A DNA stretch of 62,817 nucleotides, the filler included. It is 4 parts of 4 records of this genome, joined end to end, with 100 filler letters (N's around TTAATTAATTAA, not from the genome) between each part and the next. Parts side by side here need not be neighbours in the genome. Positions count along the whole stretch, not along the records: positions 23,656 to 47,176 come from SRR16203515_1235; 3 more parts are not named here. The stretch is one strand, 5' to 3'. Positions 26,607 to 37,845 of this stretch are shown here, piece after piece. A program made the translations under genes and the position numbers. Each line of letters starts with the position of its first letter. The stretch's first letter is position 1. Under the pieces are notes generated by a model. It ran no database searches, had not been told where the DNA came from, and saw nothing but the letters and a program-made list of their open reading frames with translations.

Positions 26607-28277
26607 TTAAGACTCGCCAGCGTGCACGTCTTTCATTGAACGTCCTGACGGGTCGGCATTGTTTTTAAAGCTCTCATCCCATTCCAGTGCTTCAACCGTA
26701 CTACACGCAATTGACTTACCGCCAGGTACACAGTGTGCAGCACTTTCTTGTGGGAAGTAACCCTCAAAAATGGTGCGGTAGTAATAGCCTTCTTTGGTAT
26801 CCGGCGTATTAACTGGGAAGCGGAATTCAGCTGTGGCAAGTTGTTGGTTTGACACTTGTTCCTCAACAAAATCTCGAATGGAATCAATCCACGAGTAACC
26901 TACACCGTCACCAAACTGTTCTTTTTGACGCCATAGCACCTCGGCGGGTAGGGTATCTCCGTTATCAAACGCTTTACGCAAGATCCACTTTTCCATTTTG
27001 CCATCAAGGCACATTTTATCTTGAGGGTTAAGGCGCATGGCCACATCGATAAAGTTCTTATCAAGGAAAGGTACCCTTGCTTCTACACCCCATGCCGAGG
27101 TTGCCTTATTAGCACGGGCACAATCGAACATATGTAAACGATCTAACTTACGTACTGTTTCTTCGTGGAACTCTTTTGCATTCGGCGCTTTGTGGAAGTA
27201 TAGGTAGCCGCCGAAAATTTCGTCTGCGCCTTCTCCCGACAATACCATTTTAATACCCATAGCCTTGATCTTGCGGCTCATAAGGTACATAGGCGTCGCT
27301 GCACGGATAGTCGTGGTATCGTAGGTCTCCAAGTGGAAGATCACGTCACGAATAGCGTCTAGGCCTTCTTGAATGGTGAAGTGTATTTCATGATGTACCG
27401 TGCCTATCATATCGGCGACTTTTTTCGCCGCCTTTAAATCTGGCGCACCTTCTAGGCCTACCGCGAAGCTATGCAGACGAGGCCACCAGGCATCAGACTT
27501 ATCTTCATCTTCAACGCGCTTAGCCACATATTTTGCGGCAACCGCAGAGACTAATGATGAATCTAATCCACCAGATAACAAGACCGCGTAGGGCACATCA
27601 GACATCATGTGAGATTTCACTGACTTTTCAAATGCCACGCGCAAGTCATCTAGGTTGGTGCTGTTATCTTTAACCGCATCGTATTCCATCCAGTCACGTT
27701 GGTAATACTTAGTCACTTTCCCTTCTTTGCTCCACAGGTAGTGGCCAGGAGGGAACTCGCTGATAGTTTTACAAATAGGCGCTAAGGCTTTCATCTCTGA
27801 TGAAACATAGAAGTTACCATGCTCATCGTAACCTGTGTAAAGCGGAATAATACCGATATGATCGCGGGCAATGAGGTACGCGTCTTGTGTTTCATCATAC
27901 AGTACAAACGCAAACATCCCTTCAAGCTCATCAATGAACTCGATGCCTTTCTCTTCAAACAAGGGCAAAATAACTTCGCAGTCTGAACGGGTTTTAAATT
28001 CGTAAGGCTGGGCTAAATTGGCGGCTAATTGCTTGTGGTTATAAATTTCACCATTAACCGCAAGCACTTTGTTGCCATCTTGGCTAATTAGGGGCTGGGC
28101 GCCAGTATCAACATCTACAATAGCCAATCTTTCGTGACAAAGAATGGTATTGTCATTATTCCAGATTCCCGACCAGTCAGGGCCACGGTGGCGCAAAAGT
28201 TTAGATAAATCGAGGGCTCGGGTTCTGAGTTCAGACACATCGGTTTTGATATCAAGGATACCGAAAATACCACACAT
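26607..28277 (-). CDS. asnB: Asparagine synthetase B (glutamine-hydrolysing)
   Basis: N-terminal MCGI, HRGPD, LLSGGLDSS and SGEGADE motifs. Confidence 0.97.
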   Translation of the reverse strand: MCGIFGILDIKTDVSELRTRALDLSKLLRHRGPDWSGIWNNDNTILCHERLAIVDVDTGAQPLISQDGNKVLAVNGEIYNHKQLAANLAQPYEFKTRSDCEVILPLFEEKGIEFIDELEGMFAFVLYDETQDAYLIARDHIGIIPLYTGYDEHGNFYVSSEMKALAPICKTISEFPPGHYLWSKEGKVTKYYQRDWMEYDAVKDNSTNLDDLRVAFEKSVKSHMMSDVPYAVLLSGGLDSSLVSAVAAKYVAKRVEDEDKSDAWWPRLHSFAVGLEGAPDLKAAKKVADMIGTVHHEIHFTIQEGLDAIRDVIFHLETYDTTTIRAATPMYLMSRKIKAMGIKMVLSGEGADEIFGGYLYFHKAPNAKEFHEETVRKLDRLHMFDCARANKATSAWGVEARVPFLDKNFIDVAMRLNPQDKMCLDGKMEKWILRKAFDNGDTLPAEVLWRQKEQFGDGVGYSWIDSIRDFVEEQVSNQQLATAEFRFPVNTPDTKEGYYYRTIFEGYFPQESAAHCVPGGKSIACSTVEALEWDESFKNNADPSGRSMKDVHAGES

Positions 28278-28659
28278 AAAACGGATTCTCTCTGTTCACT
28301 TGTTAAAAAATAATTGGAGTTTTCTGTCAGGTACGCTTATAAGCGTGCGAAGGCATTATTGGTATTTTTATCTGAGTCTTTCGCTTGCCCTTGAATGTGC
28401 CAGTCTGACAGGAAATTGCAAGTACATTATGATGAGAAAAAGGAAATTGTTAGGTTAAATAGGATATTTTTACTGCTGCGCTGCTAGGAAAAGGTAAAAA
28501 AGAGAAAAATTCTTGTAGTCAGTCTTTTCAAAACGCGATGCCTACAAAGCCTTCACCGCCTCTTGAATCGCCGCACTCGTTAATAATATGCAAGGTTTAT
28601 GTAAACGCCCTGCAACGCGTATGCGTTAGGCAGGGCGTATGGTATGTCATAATGAAGGC

Positions 28660-30321
28660 TTAATTTTGACGCTGGAATTCACTGCTCGATTTCCAATTTG
28701 GCCACTGCTCAGCATTGGCCACTTGAACCCCAACCTCAAACAGCATTTGGGTGTCTTCGACAATACCGCCTAAGTCCCAGTCTTCGCGATATTCGTCGCA
28801 CACCTGATGGTAACAGCCCGTAACAATCACATTCATGCGCTTGCGATAGGCTGCGGTTGCTTCATCAATAGGTTCATCGCCGCCTTCCGCATATAGCGCA
28901 GGGACGCCTTGCTTGGCAAAGCTAAAATGGTCAGAGCGATAATAGTAGCCCGCTTGCGGCTTATCTTCTTGGGTTAGGGTGCGCCCTTGCTTAGCCGCGG
29001 CATCCTCAAGATAGCTTTCGAGTTCAGATTTGCCCATACCTACCACGGCAACATTTTTGGTTTTACCTAATACGTTCATGGCATCCATATTAATGTTGGC
29101 GACCGTATTTTCGATAGGGATGACAGGGTTAGCCGCATAGAACTTACTGCCAAGTAGGCCTTGCTCTTCGGCGGTAACAATAAGAAAGCTTACCGAGCGT
29201 TTAGGTGCAGGCTTAAGAGACGCATAAGCATCAGCCATGGCTAACATAGCGGCGGTGCCGGTGGCGTTGTCATGGGCGCCATTGTAAATTTGATCGCCTT
29301 CTCTAGACTCATCTTTACCTAGGTGATCCCAATGAGCGGTATAAATAATGTGCTCTTCTGGCTTTTCAGACCCAGGTAGGGTGGCAATAACATTGTGGCT
29401 GGTAGACTGCTCAAAGGTATTTTTCACCGTCACCGAGGCCTTAATATCCATGTTTTGATGATAAGGTCCTTGCGCCGCTTTGGCTTTTTCTTTGGCGAAA
29501 TCAAGCCCAGCATCGGCAAATACTTTTTTTGCGGCATCCAGGGTCAACCAACCTTCTACAGCAACCCGGCTGGCACCTTTATCTTTGCTCAACAGGCCAT
29601 ACTGGGGGCCACTCCAACTGTTTGCAACGACTGACCAGCCATAAGATGCCGGTGCTGTCTCATGGACGATAATAGCTGCTGCCGCACCTTGACGACTGGC
29701 TTCTTCGTATTTGTAGCTCCAGCGACCATAGTAAGTCATCGTTGAGCCTTGGAATTTTTCGCCTTGTGGACTGGCAAAGCCAGGATCATTAATAAGCATG
29801 ACCACGGTTTTACCCTTCACGTCTACGCCTTGATAATCATTCCAATCATATTCAGGCGCATTGACGCCGTAGCCCACAAACACCAGTTCAGAGTCCTTGA
29901 GTGACACCTGAGCTTGTTCTCGTTTTGAAGAAGCCACCATGTCCTCTTTATAGGCAAACTGGTTATCTCCAATTTGCATGGTCATATCTGCATCGGCAGT
30001 AATTTCCATTAAGGCCACCTCTTGAAGGTAGCTATCGCCATTACCTGGGCGTAGACCCGCTTGCTCAAAGCGCTCGGTTAAATAAGCTAGGGTCTTTTCT
30101 TCGCCAATGGTGGTGGGCAGGCGACCCTCAAACTCGTCTGAGGATAGAACTTTAAGTGGCTCACGGATATCACTATCACTGATAGCATTGTAAACCTGTT
30201 CAAAATTAGATTGCCCTTGCGCGTCGGTATCAGGGGTTGTCGTTGTGCTGTTTTGTGGTGAACATGCGCTTAATCCCACAACGGCAGGAACAAGCAGCAA
30301 AGGTAAAAACATTTTTTTCAT
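28660..30321 (-). CDS. M28 family metallopeptidase lipoprotein with PA domain
   Basis: Lipobox LSAC; AHWDH, GAHDNA, AEEQGLLGS, RSDH and YHQ motifs. Confidence 0.9.
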   Translation of the reverse strand: MKKMFLPLLLVPAVVGLSACSPQNSTTTTPDTDAQGQSNFEQVYNAISDSDIREPLKVLSSDEFEGRLPTTIGEEKTLAYLTERFEQAGLRPGNGDSYLQEVALMEITADADMTMQIGDNQFAYKEDMVASSKREQAQVSLKDSELVFVGYGVNAPEYDWNDYQGVDVKGKTVVMLINDPGFASPQGEKFQGSTMTYYGRWSYKYEEASRQGAAAAIIVHETAPASYGWSVVANSWSGPQYGLLSKDKGASRVAVEGWLTLDAAKKVFADAGLDFAKEKAKAAQGPYHQNMDIKASVTVKNTFEQSTSHNVIATLPGSEKPEEHIIYTAHWDHLGKDESREGDQIYNGAHDNATGTAAMLAMADAYASLKPAPKRSVSFLIVTAEEQGLLGSKFYAANPVIPIENTVANINMDAMNVLGKTKNVAVVGMGKSELESYLEDAAAKQGRTLTQEDKPQAGYYYRSDHFSFAKQGVPALYAEGGDEPIDEATAAYRKRMNVIVTGCYHQVCDEYREDWDLGGIVEDTQMLFEVGVQVANAEQWPNWKSSSEFQRQN

Positions 30322-30389
30322 TGTTAGTCTTTGTTTGTTTTACAATGTAACCAGTATATGTAAAACCATGAAGTAACCCAATAGGTAGT

Positions 30390-31247
30390 ATGAATTTCAC
30401 TGCAATGCCCTGGTGTAAACACACCCTTGACCAACACGCCGGCACACCCGTATTAGCCACTTTGTCATTTCACCAATTATTGGAAAGCCCGCACTTTCCT
30501 ACTGCCTCTGAACTCAATAACCTAGCAGCACGGTGTCATAGTTGGTGGCAGGGCCCAGAATTTAAGGCGCAATCGTCATTCAGTGACGATGAATCTCGCT
30601 ATTACGAAGCGATTATTAGCGAAGATAACACGGTGCCGACCAGAGAAGAGAGTTGGCACGACCTGTTTAATGCACTGGTATGGATCCAGTATCCAAAGAC
30701 CAAAGCACGCCTTAACGCCTTGCATATGCAAGATATTACCGCCTATGGTGCTCACCCTCGCACACCGCGAAGAAACCGGCTGACGCATTTTGATGAGTGC
30801 GGGGTGATTTTTGCGGTGGAAGAAGGACAACTTAGTGAGGGTAATGATTTATTAGCTGGGTTAGCACACCATCAATGGGAGAGGGTGTTTGTTGAACAGA
30901 AAGCAACATGGGAACAATGTATTCACCCATTTATTTTCGGGCATGCGAACTTTGAAATGTTACTCACACCCTTTAACGGGCTCACCGCAAAGTGGCTTAG
31001 TGTTAAAGTGCCTAATGGTTTTGCCCAAGCCGGGACTACTGAGCAACATGCCATGCTTGATGACGCAATGTGTGAACGTATCGCTGAACTCGACAATTTT
31101 TTACCTTCCGCCTTGCTTAAGCCTGTGCCATTACTGGGCATTCCCGGCTGGCATCACACCCAAGATGCAGCATTTTATGCCAACAAAGATTATTTCAGGC
31201 CGCTGAGCGCCAAAGCGAAACCCACCATACAACTGCCGCTAACCTGA
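30390..31247 (+). CDS. DUF3025 family protein
   Basis: VPTREESWHDLFNALVW, LTHFDECG, FGHA, PLLGIPGW and YFRP motifs. Confidence 0.8.
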   Translation: MNFTAMPWCKHTLDQHAGTPVLATLSFHQLLESPHFPTASELNNLAARCHSWWQGPEFKAQSSFSDDESRYYEAIISEDNTVPTREESWHDLFNALVWIQYPKTKARLNALHMQDITAYGAHPRTPRRNRLTHFDECGVIFAVEEGQLSEGNDLLAGLAHHQWERVFVEQKATWEQCIHPFIFGHANFEMLLTPFNGLTAKWLSVKVPNGFAQAGTTEQHAMLDDAMCERIAELDNFLPSALLKPVPLLGIPGWHHTQDAAFYANKDYFRPLSAKAKPTIQLPLT

Positions 31248-31282
31248 GCCAACGGCAGTGTGCTGTGACAGGTATGACCCCA

Positions 31283-31984
31283 TTATACCAAGGTTACCAC
31301 TAGATATATTGTCGTTAGTATGACCGTGGGGGCCGCGGCGATGATAAGACTTTTTTGCGTAGAGAATGAGGTCCAGCGCGCAACACCAACAGTTGTCAGA
31401 TATATGGTCCAAAGAGAAACCAGATTGATTGCGGTTAATAAGCCATACCACTTCGATGCCATGTCCACACCAAATAAATAGGCAAGGGAAAGCGGAGCTA
31501 ATACACTCGGTGCAACTTGGTGGTTATCTGATAGTAATAAAATAACCACAGAAATAAGCGAGCTTAATACGATAGGCATAGATGCCCACCACGTGAAACC
31601 GTACCAATCGGTGAAGCCAAAAACATGGCTATCATCATTGCGGGTACATAAATGCAAATACACCGCGAGTATCGCGTTAATGATGATAAAGCCAATGGCG
31701 GTGCCAAAGACATGCTGCGCCATAAAGGCTGACTGTGTCATGAAACCGCGACGGGCCTCGATTTCCGCAGGGCTTAATTCGCCCTCAGCGCTAATCAATA
31801 TGTCCTGATACCAGGCTATATCCACAAAGTTGACATACAGGTATTGCGGCATTAATGCCATGACAAGAACAATAATAAACGCAAACCATGACCAGTTATT
31901 CCGTTCGCCCACAGCAGTAAAAACGCCGCCGGGTTTAAAGAAGATGTCATTGCATGCTTGCAAGGGGTTTGTCACAGTGTGCAT
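31283..31984 (-). CDS. YIP1 family membrane protein
   Basis: IFFKPGGVF N-terminus and about five TM helices. Confidence 0.75.
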   Translation of the reverse strand: MHTVTNPLQACNDIFFKPGGVFTAVGERNNWSWFAFIIVLVMALMPQYLYVNFVDIAWYQDILISAEGELSPAEIEARRGFMTQSAFMAQHVFGTAIGFIIINAILAVYLHLCTRNDDSHVFGFTDWYGFTWWASMPIVLSSLISVVILLLSDNHQVAPSVLAPLSLAYLFGVDMASKWYGLLTAINLVSLWTIYLTTVGVARWTSFSTQKSLIIAAAPTVILTTIYLVVTLV

Positions 31985-32134
31985 CCTATGCTCCAGTATA
32001 GTAAGTGATTATTGTTATCGTTAGAGAATTATCAGAGTACTGACTACTCAGCGTTAAGTACAGATGGTACAAACAAAAAAGAGACACTTTTTAGTAAAAA
32101 AATGTGTCTCTTTTTGCGTAACTTTTAACCGGGG

Positions 32135-33862
32135 TTATTGCAAGTAGGTGATATTCAACAACGCCAACACAATACTGCTATATACGGCTGATATAGGCAG
32201 CCCCATCTTGATAAAGTGCTTAAATTTATAGTTGCTGGCATTAAACACTAATAGGTTAGTTTGATAGCCAAACGGTGAAATAAAACTGGCGCTGGCCGCA
32301 AATGCCACCGCCAATGCAAACGGCATCAGTGGCGCACCGATAATTTCAACTAAGCCATAGGCAAAGGGAAACATTAAAGCCGCTGCCGCATTATTGGTGA
32401 CAAATTCTGTTAGCAGTAGGGTAACTAAATACACCACTACTAATGCAACAAACCAATCAGTGCCCGCCAAAAATGGCATCAAGGTGGAAGTTGTCAGGCG
32501 TATCACCCCAGAGGTCTCAAGGGCAGTGGCTAAACTCAGCGCTCCCACGATGACAATGATGAGGTTTAACGGTAAATTTCGCTTCATCTCACCATTGTTA
32601 GTCACTCTAGCACCAATTAACACAGCAGCAAGAAAGACTAATCCTATTGCCAGCGAGACAAGATCAATAGCCGCTAATGCCACCACGGTCAAAAAACCAC
32701 CTAAGGTTATCCATTCTTGCTTATTACTTAACGGGCGAGAAATTTTCTGTTCAGAAAGAATAAAGAAATTTTTACTTAAATTTTGACGGGTACTGAAGTC
32801 AGGGCCCGTAGCCAGTAGCAGATAATCACCGGCTTTCATCTTTATTTCGCCCAGTTTACCTGACAATTGTTCGCCATCTCGGCGTATTGCGACAACGGCA
32901 GCGTCAAATAGCGCGCGAAAGCCTAGGTTCTTGATGGTTTGTCCAATGACTTGCGCACGGTTGGCGACTACCACCTCAGTGAGGCTTTCCCTTAGCACGC
33001 CATCGGTCTCAGCAAACATACTTAAGCCTTTAATATGACTCAGGTTATCAAGTTTTTGCACGTTACCGGAGAAAATCAATTTATCATTTTCCAATATAAC
33101 AAGGTCGGGGGTCACCGGCGATATCAGGTTACCGTCGCGAACAACCTCGACTAAAAATAACTCTGGCAAGTTACGTAAATGATTTTGCTCTACCGTTTTA
33201 CCGATGAGTTCAGAATTCGCTTCCACTTCTGCTTCAACCATATACTCATGGTAATCGCCATTTTTACCCGAGATGGAAGGGAGAAAAGGGGTAAGTACAA
33301 ACATCAATAAGCCACAGCTTAACCCAGCTACCAGACCGTATAAGGTAAAGTCGAAAAAGTTAAAACCAGGGTGGCCGTGCTCTTGTAAGAAACTATCCAC
33401 AATTAAGTTGGTAGAGGTGCCAATTAAGGTCACGGTACCGCCTAATATAGCGGAATAGGATAGCGGGATTAATAAACGAGACGCTGGGTGATATTGGTTT
33501 TGTTTAATAGGTCCAATGAGACTAGCGACAATCGCCGTATTATTTAGTAATGCAGAGGAAAAAAAGGTGAGTGAGAAAAGCTTCCAGTAACTTTTTTTAA
33601 AGCTGGCACTGACGAGCTTTCTGCCCAAGCGCTTGATTAAGGCGGTCTTATCAATGGCACTGCTCACGAGTAGCAACAGTACTAAGGTAATGAGTCCTTT
33701 ATTGGTGAGGTTTAACAATATGTCGTCAAGGGTGAGTTGTTGCGTAACAAGTAACCCGAGTACCGCACCAGAAAACACAGTCGAGGGGCGCTGGTTACTA
33801 AACACCAACGCCAAAATCGTACTGGCGAAAATCGCCAGTACGATGAACTGGTTAATATCCAT
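32135..33862 (-). CDS. SLC13-family permease with TrkA-C domains (probable sulfate transporter)
   Basis: GGTVTLIGTSTNL, TEFVTNNAAA and SPFGYQTN motifs; last gene of the cys operon. Confidence 0.88.
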   Translation of the reverse strand: MDINQFIVLAIFASTILALVFSNQRPSTVFSGAVLGLLVTQQLTLDDILLNLTNKGLITLVLLLLVSSAIDKTALIKRLGRKLVSASFKKSYWKLFSLTFFSSALLNNTAIVASLIGPIKQNQYHPASRLLIPLSYSAILGGTVTLIGTSTNLIVDSFLQEHGHPGFNFFDFTLYGLVAGLSCGLLMFVLTPFLPSISGKNGDYHEYMVEAEVEANSELIGKTVEQNHLRNLPELFLVEVVRDGNLISPVTPDLVILENDKLIFSGNVQKLDNLSHIKGLSMFAETDGVLRESLTEVVVANRAQVIGQTIKNLGFRALFDAAVVAIRRDGEQLSGKLGEIKMKAGDYLLLATGPDFSTRQNLSKNFFILSEQKISRPLSNKQEWITLGGFLTVVALAAIDLVSLAIGLVFLAAVLIGARVTNNGEMKRNLPLNLIIVIVGALSLATALETSGVIRLTTSTLMPFLAGTDWFVALVVVYLVTLLLTEFVTNNAAAALMFPFAYGLVEIIGAPLMPFALAVAFAASASFISPFGYQTNLLVFNASNYKFKHFIKMGLPISAVYSSIVLALLNITYLQ

Positions 33863-33878
33863 CTATTTCCAGTCCTGT

Positions 33879-35294
33879 TTACAGCTTGCTAATATCCACA
33901 GAGTTCCAATGTGGGAAGTGCTTACGCACAAGCGCATTGAATTCTAGCTCGAATTCAGAGAAGTTTGGTGATGCATGTTGTGCATCGCTAGCAATCTCGT
34001 CAATCACCATACCCGCACCTACCGTACCATTGGTTAGTCTATCAATGACGATAAACGAGCCAGTTGGACGGTTTTTCTTGTAGGCATCGCATGCAATGGG
34101 TTGCGTGAATTTAACATCCACCACACCAATCTCATTAAGGTTAAGGTGCAATGCGTCTTTTTCTTCAAGGGTGTTCACATCGATTTGGTTATCAATATGG
34201 GCCACAACCCCAGGAGTAGACTTAGTTGCAAACTTAAATAAGTACTGCTTGTTAGGCATCAATGGCTCTTCAGACATCCACACAAGATGGGTCTTAAACT
34301 GAGTAGACAGAAGCGGAAGGTTGTCCGACTTAACTATCATGTCACCGCGAGAGATATCAATTTCGTCTTCAAGGGTTAAGGTTACCGCTTGCGGTACATA
34401 AGCGCGCTCCTGATCACCTTCAAAAGTGACCACCTGCTTAACTTTCGATGTCTTACCAGAAGGAAGGGCCGTGACTTCATCCCCAGGGGCAATTTGACCA
34501 GAGACTACGGTACCGGCAAAACCACGGAAATCTAGGTTAGGGCGGTTAACATATTGTACTGGGAAGCGGAAATCGTCGTGATTGTCATCTTCACCAATTT
34601 CAATGTTCTCTAGCATTTGCATTAGCGGCGTGCCATTAAACCATGGTGTGTTCTCGCTCTTCGCGACCACATTGTCACCTTCCAATGCAGAAAGAGGAAC
34701 AAATTGAATATCAGGGATATCAAGCTGTTCGGAAAACTTCAGGTAGTCTTGCTTAATTTGGTTGTAAACTTCCTCAGAGTACTCCATCAAGTCCATTTTG
34801 TTGATAGCCACGATAACGTGCTTAATACCCAACAAAGAAACCAGGAAGGAATGGCGCTTAGTTTGCACTTTAACGCCGCCACGAGCGTCAACCAAAATGA
34901 TAGCAAGGTCACAGGTAGATGCGCCTGTTACCATGTTACGGGTGTACTGCTCGTGCCCTGGAGTATCGGCGATAATGAACTTACGCTTATCCGTTGAGAA
35001 GTAACGGTAGGCCACATCAATGGTGATGCCTTGCTCACGTTCAGACTGCAGGCCGTCAACTAACAGCGCCAAGTCCACTTTTTCGCCTGTGGTACCCACT
35101 TTCTTACTGTCTTTGGTGATAGCAGCAAGCTGATCTTCATAAATCATTTTTGAATCGTGAAGCAAGCGACCAATCAGCGTACTTTTACCATCGTCAACGC
35201 TACCGCAGGTTAGGAAGCGGAGCATGTCTTTCTTTTCGTGTTGTTCTAGGTAGGACAAGATGTCCTGTTTTAATAATTCGTTTTCGTTGTTCAT
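33879..35294 (-). CDS. cysN: Sulfate adenylyltransferase GTPase subunit
   Basis: [24 protein letters not shown] and NKMD motifs. Confidence 0.96.
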   Translation of the reverse strand: MNNENELLKQDILSYLEQHEKKDMLRFLTCGSVDDGKSTLIGRLLHDSKMIYEDQLAAITKDSKKVGTTGEKVDLALLVDGLQSEREQGITIDVAYRYFSTDKRKFIIADTPGHEQYTRNMVTGASTCDLAIILVDARGGVKVQTKRHSFLVSLLGIKHVIVAINKMDLMEYSEEVYNQIKQDYLKFSEQLDIPDIQFVPLSALEGDNVVAKSENTPWFNGTPLMQMLENIEIGEDDNHDDFRFPVQYVNRPNLDFRGFAGTVVSGQIAPGDEVTALPSGKTSKVKQVVTFEGDQERAYVPQAVTLTLEDEIDISRGDMIVKSDNLPLLSTQFKTHLVWMSEEPLMPNKQYLFKFATKSTPGVVAHIDNQIDVNTLEEKDALHLNLNEIGVVDVKFTQPIACDAYKKNRPTGSFIVIDRLTNGTVGAGMVIDEIASDAQHASPNFSEFELEFNALVRKHFPHWNSVDISKL

Positions 35295-35295
35295 G

Positions 35296-36096
35296 TTATG
35301 CGCTCACAAGGAAAAAGGGGTTTAATACTGATTCTTTTTGGTTATAGGTAAGAGCTTCAGCATCATTATCTAAAGGGTTGGCTGGGTCGAGAACCGTGAC
35401 ATTTGCACCGGCGGCCAATGCTACTGCGTGTGCTGCCCCCGTATCCCACTCTGATGTGGGGCCTAATCGTGGGTAGAGGTGAGCCTCACCTTCAGCAACT
35501 AAGCACAGTTTCAACGAACTTCCCATCGCCACTAACTCAGTCTCACCGTTAAGTTCAGCAAGTAAGTTTTGTATTTCAGGGCTTTGGTGTGAGCGACTGC
35601 CCACCACTTTCCATACTTCAGCGCCGTCGTGCTTACGGGCTTTAATAGGTGTGAAGTTACCTTCTACTTCGGTCCATGCACCTTCGCCAACAATACCTAC
35701 GTAGCTTTTATTAAGTGCGGGGGCGTACACCACGCCCATAGTGGGCTTGCCATCTTCAATAAGTGCAATGTTAACGGTGAATTCACCATTCTTCTTGATA
35801 AACTCTTTGGTGCCATCAAGGGGGTCGACTAACCAGTATGACTGCCATTGCTTACGTTCATCCCATGGGATATCCGCTGATTCTTCCGACAATATCGGAA
35901 GATCCGACTCAGCTTCTAACGCCGCGACGATAACATTATGAGCGGCAAGATCAGCTTCGGTGAGCGGACTCGTATCTTGCTTTTCATAAATGGCGAAGTC
36001 TTTTTCGTATATCGCCATAATTTTATCGCCAGCTTGTTTTGCAATGCGAAGAGCATTCTGTGCCAATGTATTTGTTAAGGTTTCAGAACTCGCCAT
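35296..36096 (-). CDS. cysQ: 3'(2'),5'-bisphosphate nucleotidase
   Basis: [23 protein letters not shown] and EWDTGA motifs. Confidence 0.95.
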   Translation of the reverse strand: MASSETLTNTLAQNALRIAKQAGDKIMAIYEKDFAIYEKQDTSPLTEADLAAHNVIVAALEAESDLPILSEESADIPWDERKQWQSYWLVDPLDGTKEFIKKNGEFTVNIALIEDGKPTMGVVYAPALNKSYVGIVGEGAWTEVEGNFTPIKARKHDGAEVWKVVGSRSHQSPEIQNLLAELNGETELVAMGSSLKLCLVAEGEAHLYPRLGPTSEWDTGAAHAVALAAGANVTVLDPANPLDNDAEALTYNQKESVLNPFFLVSA

Positions 36097-36692
36097 TACA
36101 CTAATCCCTTTTCTTGAAGCAAAGCATACAAACGCTCAGCGGTTTGCTCTGCGGGTTCTTCCTGATATGTTAAATGCACTTCAGGCTGTTCAGGCGCTTC
36201 ATACGCAGAATCTATGCCGGTAAAGTCCTTGATTTCACCACTGCGAGCTTTCTTATACAGCCCTTTAGGATCACGCTTTTCACACACCGCAAGAGGGGTA
36301 TCCACAAACACCTCGATAAATTCACCGTCTTCTAGAAGATTACGGCAATAATCACGATCGGCTTTGAAAGGCGAGATAAATGCGGTGAGTACTAAGGTAC
36401 CCGAGTCAACAAACAGCTTCGCAACCTCGCTGATACGACGAATATTTTCTACACGGTCTTTATCTGAAAAGCCTAAATCACCACACAAACCATGACGTAC
36501 ATTGTCGCCATCAAGCAAATAAGTGTGTTTGTTCTTTTCGTGCAGCTTTTTCTCAAGCAAATTGGCTAAGGTTGATTTACCCGAGCCACTTAGGCCGGTA
36601 AGCCAAAATACCCGAGGCTGCTGATTTAGCTTTTCAGCACGAGTTACTTTATTCACTTCGTGTTTATGCCAAACAACATTGTCGGTGGCCAT
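36096..36692 (-). CDS. cysC: Adenylyl-sulfate kinase
   Basis: [22 protein letters not shown] and RDPKGLY motifs. Confidence 0.96.
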   Translation of the reverse strand: MATDNVVWHKHEVNKVTRAEKLNQQPRVFWLTGLSGSGKSTLANLLEKKLHEKNKHTYLLDGDNVRHGLCGDLGFSDKDRVENIRRISEVAKLFVDSGTLVLTAFISPFKADRDYCRNLLEDGEFIEVFVDTPLAVCEKRDPKGLYKKARSGEIKDFTGIDSAYEAPEQPEVHLTYQEEPAEQTAERLYALLQEKGLV

Positions 36693-37606
36693 TAAAAGTA
36701 CCCTTCCATTTTCTTTTTCTCCATCGAGCCGGCGCTATCGTGATCGATAACACGGCCTTGTCGCTCAGACGTCTTGGTCAGCAACATTTCTTGGATAACT
36801 TCAGGTAGCGTTGCCGCTTCAGATTCAACGGCACCGGTCAGTGGGTAACAGCCTAATGTACGGAAACGCACCGAGCGCATTTCTGGTACTTCACCTTCTT
36901 CTAATGGCATGCGGTCGTCATCTACCATAATAAGCACGCCATCACGCTCAACCACAGGGCGAGGCTTAGAAAGGTAAAGTTGAGGGATATCAATGTTTTC
37001 TAGGTAAATGTACTGCCAGATATCTAGCTCAGTCCAGTTAGACATGGGGAAGACACGAATGCTTTCGCCTTTATTCACCTGGGAATTATAAATATTCCAA
37101 AGCTCAGGGCGTTGGTTTTTCGGGTCCCAACGGTGATTGCTATCACGGAATGAATAAACACGCTCTTTAGCACGAGATTTTTCTTCATCCCGGCGCGCAC
37201 CACCGAATGCTGCGTCGAACTGATATTTGTTCAATGCTTGCTTAAGTGCTGCTGTTTTCATGATGTCAGTATGCTTGGCCGAGCCATGTGAAAATGGGCC
37301 TACGCCTTGCTCTACACCTTCTTCATTGATGTGAACAAGCAAGTCAAAACCGTATTTTTCGGCTTGCTCGTCACGAAACTTAATCATTTCCTGGAACTTC
37401 CACGTGGTATCAACGTGCAAAAGTGGAAACGGGATTTTACCCGGCGCGAAAGCTTTACGTGCTAAATGAAGCAGTACAGAAGAGTCTTTACCAACCGAGT
37501 AAAGCATAACTGGGTTTTCAAACTCAGCAGCTACTTCACGGAAGATTTGGATACTCTCGGCTTCGAGTTGTTTCAAATGCGTTACAGACGGGATACTAGC
37601 AGTCAT
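36692..37606 (-). CDS. cysD: Sulfate adenylyltransferase subunit 2
   Basis: [23 protein letters not shown] and KKMEGYF motifs. Confidence 0.97.
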   Translation of the reverse strand: MTASIPSVTHLKQLEAESIQIFREVAAEFENPVMLYSVGKDSSVLLHLARKAFAPGKIPFPLLHVDTTWKFQEMIKFRDEQAEKYGFDLLVHINEEGVEQGVGPFSHGSAKHTDIMKTAALKQALNKYQFDAAFGGARRDEEKSRAKERVYSFRDSNHRWDPKNQRPELWNIYNSQVNKGESIRVFPMSNWTELDIWQYIYLENIDIPQLYLSKPRPVVERDGVLIMVDDDRMPLEEGEVPEMRSVRFRTLGCYPLTGAVESEAATLPEVIQEMLLTKTSERQGRVIDHDSAGSMEKKKMEGYF

Positions 37607-37845
37607 TTTGAAGTCCGATTTTTATGTTATATACAAAAAAGTTATATGCGGGTTATTTTTCTGCATAGACGATAACATATTTGATTTAGAAAGTGGTATG
37701 CCATTTAGCTATTTAAAATAGCGTTCTTATTCCAAGCAATTAAGTTGTCATACTATTACCGCATAAGGGCCTGATCTAGCGGCGTAAGAAACACAAAAGC
37801 CCCGACCTGCATATGCAGATCGGGGCTTTGGTTTATGCTTAAGCG

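Noticed and set aside
36692-37606. PAPS-reductase-like fold as DndC/SspD phosphorothioation
   Set aside because: The sequence is canonical CysD with cysN, cysC and cysQ in the same operon.
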